From NCBI GenBank assembly GCA_016930715.1, contig JAFGGC010000012.1, forward strand, positions 8,454-72,453: a stretch of 64,000 nt of DNA, written 5' to 3'. The translations under genes and the position numbers were made by a program. Under the pieces are notes generated by a model. The model did no database searches. It was not told where the DNA came from and was given only the letters and a program-made list of their open reading frames with translations. Below, piece after piece: positions 35,816 to 43,015 of this stretch; position 1 is the stretch's first letter; each line of letters starts with the position of its first letter. The DNA is from Endomicrobiales bacterium. Its GTDB lineage: Bacteria; Elusimicrobiota; Endomicrobiia; Endomicrobiales; JAFGGC01.

Positions 35816-37531
35816 TTAATTCAAAAATCCTTCGATATACTTTTCCGTTTCGGCCTTGGAAGGCATTTTGTAATACCGTTGAAGCGTCTTTTTACCGGAC
35901 GTCAATCTGTGCATCAGCTCGCATTTGATATCGTTGAACTTCGCGGGGCTGACACTGAAGCTCTTTAACCCGGTCTCAAGCAGCAGCGGGTAGAATTCCT
36001 CGAACGACGCTATCTCGCCGCACAGGCAGACTTCCTTCCCGCTTTTTGCGGCCTTCACGGCCGTGATCTCAAGGAGCTTTAAAAGCGCCGGGTGCATTAT
36101 ATGGTACCTTTTTTCCGCGAGCGGATTACCTCGGGCTGCGGCAAGGGTATATTGCAGCAAATCATTGGAACCAATATTGATGAAATCGGACCCTTTGAGG
36201 AGTTCATCCACAAGCATTACTGCCCCTGGCGTCTCGACCATTATACCGCATTTGAGGTTTCCGGTAAAAGATTCCCTGCCTTCCTTTTTAAGGCTTGCCG
36301 AAGCCTTTTCAATGAGATCCTTGAAAGTTTTTAGGTCGCCGACGTCGGATACCATGGGGAACAAAATCCGCAGATTCCCTTTCATATTCGCCCTCAAAAG
36401 GGCTCTCGCCTGGCTCATGTACAGTTCGGGGAACGCCTCAACCGCCATCGCGCCGCGGTATTCCATGAACGGGTCGCCCTTCAGCTGGATGAAAAGCGGA
36501 AGCTTGTCTCCCCCAAGGTCAAGAAGCCTCACCGTCACTGATTTATCGCCGGCTTCAGACAACAGGCGGGAGTACATAGCGAACTGTTCTTCTTCGGTGG
36601 GGACCTGTTTCTTGTTAATGAAAAGAAATTCGGTCCGGAGCAGACCAATTCCGTCGTGCGGCATGTATCTTACAAGCTCCATCTCATCGGGCGTCGTGAT
36701 GTTTATCTTCAAGGACACCCTCTGTCCGCTCCTGAGCTTCGCGTAAACGTCCTTTTTGGCGTCGCACAACAGTTTGCGTTTTCTATTGTTTTCAAGTTTC
36801 TTGTCGTAATACTCGGTAGTTTTCCTGTCAGGAGACACTATGACTTTGCCGGCCGAAGCGTCCACCACGGCGTTCATTCCGCAATCAAGCTCGTTCTCCA
36901 CGTCTATGCCGAACATCACCGGCACGCCGAAGGATCTCGCAAGTATCACTGCGTGGCTCGTTATGCCGCCCTCCCGCGTAACGAACGCCAGCACGTTGGC
37001 TTTTTCCATGTTGAGCACCATCGAGGGGGTCAGTCTCTTGGACGCGACTATTACCGCGCCCCGTTCACCGACTTCGCACTTGAATTTCCCCGAGTCAAGG
37101 GCAAAACCTGAAAGCACTCTGTTCCGCACGTCAATGAAATCGTGTGTCAACTCGGCAAAATGCCCTCCGGCGTCCTCGTATTTTTTTATGTAACCGTCGA
37201 ACGCGTCGCTGACGGCGTGTTCCGCGTTTATCATCTGATTCTTGACAAGCGCTTCGGCCTTCTCGATAAGCGATTTGTCGTTGAGCATCATTAGATGGGT
37301 GGTGAAGATGTCCGCGGCGTTAGAATCGGATCTCGTTTTCGCGAGCGCCACCATCCTGCCCATCTCGTTCCTGGCGGTGTCGAACGCCGACCGCAGGCGC
37401 TTCAATTCATCCTGAACTGCCCCGGAAGCTATCGAGTAATGCGGAACGGAATCTTCAAGACTGCTCGTATAAAGGCATACCACGCCCCTTGCTATTCCGG
37501 GCGCGGCCGATGTTCCTCTCAATATTTTCAA
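35816..37531 (-). CDS. ptsI: Phosphoenolpyruvate-protein phosphotransferase (PTS enzyme I family)
   Basis: Phospho-His block GGITSHAVILARSFGVPV, then GIGLLRTEFLF, NIGSNDLLQY and CGEIAS. Confidence 0.85.
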   Translation of the reverse strand: MKILRGTSAAPGIARGVVCLYTSSLEDSVPHYSIASGAVQDELKRLRSAFDTARNEMGRMVALAKTRSDSNAADIFTTHLMMLNDKSLIEKAEALVKNQMINAEHAVSDAFDGYIKKYEDAGGHFAELTHDFIDVRNRVLSGFALDSGKFKCEVGERGAVIVASKRLTPSMVLNMEKANVLAFVTREGGITSHAVILARSFGVPVMFGIDVENELDCGMNAVVDASAGKVIVSPDRKTTEYYDKKLENNRKRKLLCDAKKDVYAKLRSGQRVSLKINITTPDEMELVRYMPHDGIGLLRTEFLFINKKQVPTEEEQFAMYSRLLSEAGDKSVTVRLLDLGGDKLPLFIQLKGDPFMEYRGAMAVEAFPELYMSQARALLRANMKGNLRILFPMVSDVGDLKTFKDLIEKASASLKKEGRESFTGNLKCGIMVETPGAVMLVDELLKGSDFINIGSNDLLQYTLAAARGNPLAEKRYHIMHPALLKLLEITAVKAAKSGKEVCLCGEIASFEEFYPLLLETGLKSFSVSPAKFNDIKCELMHRLTSGKKTLQRYYKMPSKAETEKYIEGFLN

Positions 37532-37561
37532 ACTGGACTCCCCTTATGCACCGTTGTGTTT

Positions 37562-38005
37562 CTAGATATCAATCTCGTTGTACCACGAGCCGTGTATGTT
37601 GCAATGCTCGACGACTGCTATCTTCCCGCTTTTGGCTTTTAGATGCAGCGTAACGGCAGGGTTCATTTTTTCAGGCGTGAAATACGTTCTCGATATGTAT
37701 TTCCCGTCGATGTAAGCGTCGACTTTCATTATGTAGTGTTCGGGCAGCATCGGATGAATGATCTCTCCGACCTTTATGCTGACGTCGACGCAGCCGTCCG
37801 GAATGAGCCCGCACTTCTTGTTCACGGCTATGGAAGGCACGTGTTTTTTCTCGGACTCGCCGTACGTGGCAACGTCCTTGGAGGTCTTCATGGCGTCTTC
37901 TTTTTCAGCGAACATCTTCTTAGGGGCGCCGCACACCGGACATTTATCCGGAGCGGACCCGTCGATGGAAATGAAACCGCATACACCGCATACAAACCCT
38001 TTCAT
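37562..38005 (-). CDS. Superoxide reductase (desulfoferrodoxin-like) with N-terminal rubredoxin-type zinc ribbon
   Basis: N-terminal CGVCG…CPVCG. SOR centre-II motifs EKKHVP and CNIHG. Confidence 0.85.
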   Translation of the reverse strand: MKGFVCGVCGFISIDGSAPDKCPVCGAPKKMFAEKEDAMKTSKDVATYGESEKKHVPSIAVNKKCGLIPDGCVDVSIKVGEIIHPMLPEHYIMKVDAYIDGKYISRTYFTPEKMNPAVTLHLKAKSGKIAVVEHCNIHGSWYNEIDI

Positions 38006-38063
38006 AATACTTCTCCTTTTTTCCGCCCGGGCGCAGCATCGGCACGCCTCCCCGCGGCTTGAT

Positions 38064-38246
38064 TTAGTACAACCCCAAAGCGCCAGCCATGTGCAGCAGG
38101 CCGAAAAACACGGCCAAGATCGCTAACCCGATATGAACGCGCATCTTAGCCCTCATTGAACCGGATATCGCCGTCGCTATCGTCAACACGATCGTGACCG
38201 CGCCGAATTTCACGAATAACGGACTACTGGCAAATCCGCTTATCAT
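38064..38246 (-). CDS. Small two-TM membrane protein
   Basis: 60 aa, two hydrophobic helices, strong SD (GGAGGCAGAGG). Sits between the FDP and SOR genes. Confidence 0.55.
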   Translation of the reverse strand: MISGFASSPLFVKFGAVTIVLTIATAISGSMRAKMRVHIGLAILAVFFGLLHMAGALGLY

Positions 38247-38258
38247 CCTCTGCCTCCA

Positions 38259-39446
38259 TCAGAGCTTAGAAGCGAAATCCACGCCGAACTGCCGGCAGGC
38301 CTCAAGCTCCTTTTCGTCCGGCATGTATTTTACGGATATAGATGGCAGGGTCGTCACGCCACCCGCCTCGGCGATAACACTTTCAATCTCTTTTACCGCG
38401 CCGCCGGCCCATCCGTATGAACCGAAAACCGCGGCATGCCTGTCCTTTGCCTTGAAACCCTTGTACAACTCCATGAACGCCGCCATGCTCGGAAGCATAT
38501 CGTTGTCGTGCGTGGAAGAACCGAAAATAAACCCCCGGGCGTCGAGCATGTCGGTGAAAACATCGGTTATGTCGGTTTCTGCGACGTTATACAGCTTCAC
38601 CTCCGATCCTGAATCCGCGAGCCCTTCTGCAATCTTTTTTGCCATTTTTTCGGTCGCGCCCCACATCGTTTCGTAGGCGATTATAGCTTTTTTTCTTGTC
38701 TTTCCGGAAGCCCACTCCAAGTATTTCTCAACTATTTTCATCGGGTCTTTCCGCCATATGAGCCCGTGGCTGGGGGCTATCACCTTGACGGGTATGTTCA
38801 TTTTCACGACTTCTTCGATTTTTCTTTTTATGATGGAGCCAAGCGGCCAGAGTATATTGGCATAGTATTTCGCCGCCTCATCCCACAGCGCGCACTGGTC
38901 AACTTCATCGGCGAAACGTTCGCTCGAAGCAAAGTGCTGGCCGAACGCATCGTTCGGCATAAGAATTGCGTCTTCGACGACATATGTGAACATGCTGTCG
39001 GGCCAGTGTATCATCGGCGCCTCGATGAACTTAAGCGTCTTTTGGCCCAGTTTCAGCTCGTCACCCGTCTTGACTACCTGAAAATCCATCGGGACGTAAT
39101 AGTACCTGTGAAGACCCTCCTTGCATTTTGCGGTGCCGTAAACCTTGGCTTTCGGATTGAGCTCGAGCAATCTGGGGATGGCCCCGGAATGATCCGTCTC
39201 CACGTGGTTCGCAACGATGCATTCTATCTTCGACGGATCGATTATCCGCCTTATATTGTCCAGCATTTCGTCGGCGAAGGAGGCGTGGACGCCGTCAACA
39301 AGCGTTATTTTATCGTCAACGACAAGATACGAGTTGTAGGTCGTGCCTCTTTTTGTGGAATAGGTATGGCCGTGAAAACTCCTGACCTTCCAGTCCACCG
39401 CGCCTACCCAGTATATGTTCTCCGCTATTTTTACGGCTGACATCAT
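38259..39446 (-). CDS. Flavodiiron protein (metallo-beta-lactamase-like + flavodoxin domains)
   Basis: Diiron motif HVETDH and a C-terminal flavodoxin-like domain (…IIAYETMWGATEKMA…). Start is at the ATGATG after GGAGGAG, at 39446 or 39443. Confidence 0.9.
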   Translation of the reverse strand: MMSAVKIAENIYWVGAVDWKVRSFHGHTYSTKRGTTYNSYLVVDDKITLVDGVHASFADEMLDNIRRIIDPSKIECIVANHVETDHSGAIPRLLELNPKAKVYGTAKCKEGLHRYYYVPMDFQVVKTGDELKLGQKTLKFIEAPMIHWPDSMFTYVVEDAILMPNDAFGQHFASSERFADEVDQCALWDEAAKYYANILWPLGSIIKRKIEEVVKMNIPVKVIAPSHGLIWRKDPMKIVEKYLEWASGKTRKKAIIAYETMWGATEKMAKKIAEGLADSGSEVKLYNVAETDITDVFTDMLDARGFIFGSSTHDNDMLPSMAAFMELYKGFKAKDRHAAVFGSYGWAGGAVKEIESVIAEAGGVTTLPSISVKYMPDEKELEACRQFGVDFASKL

Positions 39447-39458
39447 TAGCTCCTCCGG

Positions 39459-39540
39459 CATCGCAAAATATGAATTGTAAAATTCAAATATCAAGCTGTT
39501 AAATTCACGCTTCACATTTTACAATTTAAAATTTGCGATG
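39459..39540. repeat. 82-nt imperfect palindrome filling the tusA-like/FDP intergenic region
   Basis: Outer stem CATCGCAAA (39459-67) / TTTGCGATG (39532-40). Inner stem AATTGTAAAAT (39473-83) / ATTTTACAATT (39516-26). The arms are separated by a 5x5 internal loop and the central loop is 32 nt. Confidence 0.65.
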
Positions 39541-39542
39541 TC

Positions 39543-39770
39543 CTATTTCTTTCTGACGTATCCTTTCAAAAGACCGCCGTTTTTCTCAATTCCAAGAAAT
39601 TCGTTTCCGGTAACCCTGCACCATGCGTGGAGGTCCTTCTCGAAACCGGGGTCGTCCGCCGTGACCTCCACGACTTCGCCCGGCTTCATTTTGTCGACTT
39701 CTTCTTTCGTCTTGATTATCGGCATCGGGCAGAACAGCCCCGCACAGTCAAGAATCCTGTCCGGTTTCAT
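39543..39770 (-). CDS. TusA/SirA-like sulfur carrier protein
   Basis: 75 aa with the conserved CPMP motif (GLFCPMPIIKTKE). Confidence 0.85.
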   Translation of the reverse strand: MKPDRILDCAGLFCPMPIIKTKEEVDKMKPGEVVEVTADDPGFEKDLHAWCRVTGNEFLGIEKNGGLLKGYVRKK

Positions 39771-39881
39771 TTTTTTACCCCGTTAGAGTCAGGTCGCCAA
39801 CGGCGACCGTGATTCCTTATGTCCCGTATTACAATCTCTCCAGCAACCCGTCTAATCATGGCTTATTTTACGGACTTTCCT

Positions 39882-40079
39882 TTATTTGTCTCTAACGGGA
39901 CGGGCACCGCAGGCAGGGCATATCTCAAGCTTCGAGTTGATTCCCCTGCCGCACTTGTCGCATTTCACGAAAACGACATCGCACGGCATGCAGAATTCGG
40001 GCTCGAAACAACCGCCTTTAAGTTCGGTCTCGCAGAAAGCGCAGTCGCAATTTTGTCTATGTTCATTGTGTTTTTTCAT
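39882..40079 (-). CDS. Cys-rich 65-aa protein, unknown function
   Basis: 11 Cys (CDCAFCE…C…CMPC…CDKCG…CPACG). Its ATG overlaps the nifU stop (ATGA). Confidence 0.55.
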   Translation of the reverse strand: MKKHNEHRQNCDCAFCETELKGGCFEPEFCMPCDVVFVKCDKCGRGINSKLEICPACGARPVRDK

Positions 40080-40456
40080 TTGCCCTCCTTCTTGGCAAGA
40101 TACGAATCTATGGCCTTGCGCAGGGCGTCTGCCCCGAGGTTCGAACAGTGCATTTTGTTGGGCGGCAGACCGCCTAATTCCTTTGCCACCATTTCGTTCG
40201 TTATGCTCTTTGCTTCGTCTAAGGTTTTTCCTTTTGCCATCTCTGCCACGATTGACGAAACGGCTATTGCCGCGCCGCAGCCGAAGGTCTTGAATTTCAC
40301 GTCCTCAAGGACATTGCCCTTAACCTTGATATAGAAAGTCATCATGTCCCCGCAGATGGGGTTGCCCACCTCGCCGACCCCGTCTGGGTCCGCTATCTCT
40401 CCGACGTTGCGCGGGTTTTGAAAGTGATCCATTACTTTTTCCGAATAAAAAGCCAT
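40076..40456 (-). CDS. nifU: Fe-S cluster assembly scaffold (NifU N-terminal/IscU type)
   Basis: All three cluster-ligand Cys are in context (NPICGDMM, FGCGAAIA, HCSNLG). Confidence 0.9.
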   Translation of the reverse strand: MAFYSEKVMDHFQNPRNVGEIADPDGVGEVGNPICGDMMTFYIKVKGNVLEDVKFKTFGCGAAIAVSSIVAEMAKGKTLDEAKSITNEMVAKELGGLPPNKMHCSNLGADALRKAIDSYLAKKEGK

Positions 40457-40482
40457 GTTCCCTCCGATATGATACTTGTGTG

Positions 40483-41718
40483 CTAATTCTCTTCGTGCGC
40501 GTGTTCGTGCTCGTAATCAGTGCCGGGGCCGGCATCTCTGCGCTGCCCGGTCTTTTTGAAATGCGCGTAGAGCGGCGACATCGCCCGCAGTTTGTCGACC
40601 ACCGCCGGCAGTTCCGCGAGAACGTAATCAACGTCTTCCGGCGTGTTATGCCTGGAAAGCGTGAAAAGAAGCGAACCCTGGCCCACCGCAGCGTCCACTC
40701 CCGTGGCGGTCAGAACGTGGGACATCTTAAGCGCTTTCGAAGCGCAAGCAGAACCGCTTGAGGCCATTATCCCCTTCAAGTCCAAAAGAAGGAACATACC
40801 TTCGCCTTCAATGAATTCCACTGAAAAATTGACGTTTCCCGGCAGTCTTTTCTCGGGATGGCCGTTTAGGTAGACATGTTCGATTTTCTCGGGAATTCGC
40901 CCGATAAGCCTGTTCCTCAATAAAACCATTTTTTCGGCGTTTGACGCCATCTCGTTCCGGGCTATCTCGCAAGCCTTCCCGAGACCGACTATGGCCGGGA
41001 GGTTTTCGGTCCCGCTTCTTTTGCCGCCTTCCTGTATGCCTCCGTCTATCTGCGGCGTGACCCGGACTCCCTTCCTTATGTATAACGCGGCGGCGCCTTT
41101 CGGCCCATAGAACTGGGAGCCGGAAAGCGTCAAAAGGTCGGCCCCTACCTTTTTGACATCCAGTGGTATCGTGCCCGCGGTGCATACCGCATCCGTGTGA
41201 AAAAGCACGTTTTTTTCCTTAATAACTCTGCCGATCTCTTCTATCGGCTGTATGGTGCCTATTTCCGTGTTAGCGTGCTGTATCGAAACCAGTATAGTAT
41301 CCGGCCTCACGGCTTTTGCGACATCCTCGAGAGAAACCAGCCCGTGCCTGTCCACGGGGATTTCAGTTACCTCGAATCCTTCCTGCGAAAGCCTTTTCGC
41401 GGCTTGAAGCACCGAAAAATGTTCAATCGCGGACACTATTATATGCCTGCCCCTTGCTTTTGCGGCAGTCGCCGCGCCTTTTACGGCCAGGTTGTTCGCT
41501 TCGGATCCGCACGAAACAAAAACAATCTCCGATTCCTGCGCGCCTATCAACGCCGCGGTTTTAAGGCGCGCCGCGTCAAGGGCGTTCTTTGCCTCTGCCC
41601 CGAGGGAATACATGCTTTGCGGGTTACCGTAGTTGTCTTTGAAGTACGGAAGCATCGCCACAAACACGCGCTCGTCGAGTTTAGTATTTGACTGGTTATC
41701 TAGATAAATTGCGTCCAT
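40483..41718 (-). CDS. nifS: NifS/IscS-like class V aminotransferase-fold protein lacking the PLP-binding lysine
   Basis: Full-length NifS/IscS homolog. The persulfide loop SSGSACAS is present, but the SGHK block reads SGSQ (see findings). Confidence 0.85.
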   Translation of the reverse strand: MDAIYLDNQSNTKLDERVFVAMLPYFKDNYGNPQSMYSLGAEAKNALDAARLKTAALIGAQESEIVFVSCGSEANNLAVKGAATAAKARGRHIIVSAIEHFSVLQAAKRLSQEGFEVTEIPVDRHGLVSLEDVAKAVRPDTILVSIQHANTEIGTIQPIEEIGRVIKEKNVLFHTDAVCTAGTIPLDVKKVGADLLTLSGSQFYGPKGAAALYIRKGVRVTPQIDGGIQEGGKRSGTENLPAIVGLGKACEIARNEMASNAEKMVLLRNRLIGRIPEKIEHVYLNGHPEKRLPGNVNFSVEFIEGEGMFLLLDLKGIMASSGSACASKALKMSHVLTATGVDAAVGQGSLLFTLSRHNTPEDVDYVLAELPAVVDKLRAMSPLYAHFKKTGQRRDAGPGTDYEHEHAHEEN

Positions 41719-41719
41719 T

Positions 41720-42151
41720 TTAACCGCCCAGTTTCCTGAGTATGTGCGCGGCCTTCTCGAGGTGTTCTTTTTCCTGTTCCCTGATTCCTTTAAGAACTAT
41801 CTTGAAATCAGCGTCGGTGCAGTTTTCTATGATATCGGTGTAGATTCCGTAGATTTTCCTTTCCTGCAGGATATGCGCCTTCAACGCCTCGTGAATGGAA
41901 TCCGGTATTTCGACATTCCTGAAAGACCACGACGGCCTCTCGCCCAGTTCAATGAGTTTCGCCGATATCCTGTCGACGTGCCTGAGCTCTTCCTGCGAAA
42001 AGTTTTCGAATATCTGCCCCAGATTTTCTCCCCCGGAAAGCTTTTTCCTGAAAAGTTCGGCCTCCTTAAGGTACGTGAACACCTCAAGGTATTCCTGCTG
42101 TAATACCTGATTAAGAAGCGCCATCATTTTCTTGTTATTCTTCATCGTCAT
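41720..42151 (-). CDS. Ferritin-like diiron four-helix-bundle protein
   Basis: Two ExxH motifs (QEELRH, EKEHLE). 143 aa. Its start overlaps the rubredoxin stop. Confidence 0.7.
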   Translation of the reverse strand: MTMKNNKKMMALLNQVLQQEYLEVFTYLKEAELFRKKLSGGENLGQIFENFSQEELRHVDRISAKLIELGERPSWSFRNVEIPDSIHEALKAHILQERKIYGIYTDIIENCTDADFKIVLKGIREQEKEHLEKAAHILRKLGG

Positions 42152-42306
42152 TCCTTTTCAAACATCTCCTTGCCCACCCCGCAGGTCGGGCAGACCCAGT
42201 CATCGGGCAGTTTTTCGAACGGCGTGCCGGCCGGGGTGCCCGATTCCGGGTCGCCTATAGAAGGGTCGTAAACGTAACCGCAGACCGTGCATTTGTACTT
42301 ATCCAT
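42148..42306 (-). CDS. Rubredoxin
   Basis: [15 protein letters not shown]…WVCPTCG. 52 aa. SD GGGGGAGG. The ORF-track start at 42402 is an extension. Confidence 0.9.
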   Translation of the reverse strand: MDKYKCTVCGYVYDPSIGDPESGTPAGTPFEKLPDDWVCPTCGVGKEMFEKE

Positions 42307-42424
42307 GAGAACCTCCCCCCGCCGCTGGCGGGGCCAGCCTGTCCGCCATAGGTCCTGTCGCGGACCAATGACTTGGTGGCAGGCATCTAATGTTATATGC
42401 AAAAAAAATTATTCAACAAATCCG

Positions 42425-42850
42425 TTAGTCAGCTCTGTTTTCGGTTTTCCCTCTGCAATCGGAGCATATGCCCCTGAAATAGCCGTGTTTTTCTATGATA
42501 AGATGCCCCTCCATCTCTCTTCTTGAAAGGTACGGACAATCTATCGCGATATCGATAATCCTGCCGCACTTATCGCATACAAGATGGTGGTGCGGCGGTT
42601 CGCCGGCAAAATCGAAACGAGTTTCCGTACCGGTCACGTTAACCTGGTTTATGGCTCCGGATTCAACTAGAGTCTTTGCTGTATTATAGACGGTTGTCTT
42701 TGAGATTGTAGGTATCCCTTTAATGAGCTTACGGTATATGTCATCGACCGTAGGATGTTCCTTACAATCCCTTATAAATTCAAGTATTTTTAGCCTTTGA
42801 AATGTAGGCCTAATACCTTTTGCCTTAAGAACTTCCTTTGCAGATTGCAT
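42425..42850 (-). CDS. perR: Fur family transcriptional regulator, PerR-like by context
   Basis: Winged-helix N-terminus, HHHLVCDKCG and CSDC structural Zn site. Heads the oxygen-defence cluster. Confidence 0.8.
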   Translation of the reverse strand: MQSAKEVLKAKGIRPTFQRLKILEFIRDCKEHPTVDDIYRKLIKGIPTISKTTVYNTAKTLVESGAINQVNVTGTETRFDFAGEPPHHHLVCDKCGRIIDIAIDCPYLSRREMEGHLIIEKHGYFRGICSDCRGKTENRAD

Positions 42851-42860
42851 ATATTATCAC

Positions 42861-42877
42861 TTTGTAATTATTACTAA
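42861..42877 (-). promoter_or_regulatory. Fur/PerR-type 7-1-7 operator box in the perR 5' UTR
   Basis: Minus strand reads TTAGTAATaATTACAAA, self-complementary at 14 of 17 positions with core GTAAT-A-ATTAC. It lies between the -10 box and the start codon. Confidence 0.5.
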
Positions 42878-42882
42878 TATGT

Positions 42883-42911
42883 ATTGTATATAATTATCGT
42901 CAGGTTGTCAA
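42883..42911 (-). promoter_or_regulatory. Sigma70 promoter of perR
   Basis: Minus strand: TTGACA (complement 42911-42906), 17 nt, TACAAT (complement 42888-42883). Confidence 0.55.
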
Positions 42912-43015
42912 GCCCTTCTTAAAAAACCCCTCCCGCCAATTTAACAAAATCCAAAACAACAACGCAACCGCTGCCGCGCGCGACCGAAACCGCAGCGGCA
43001 CGTTACCGAAAAATC

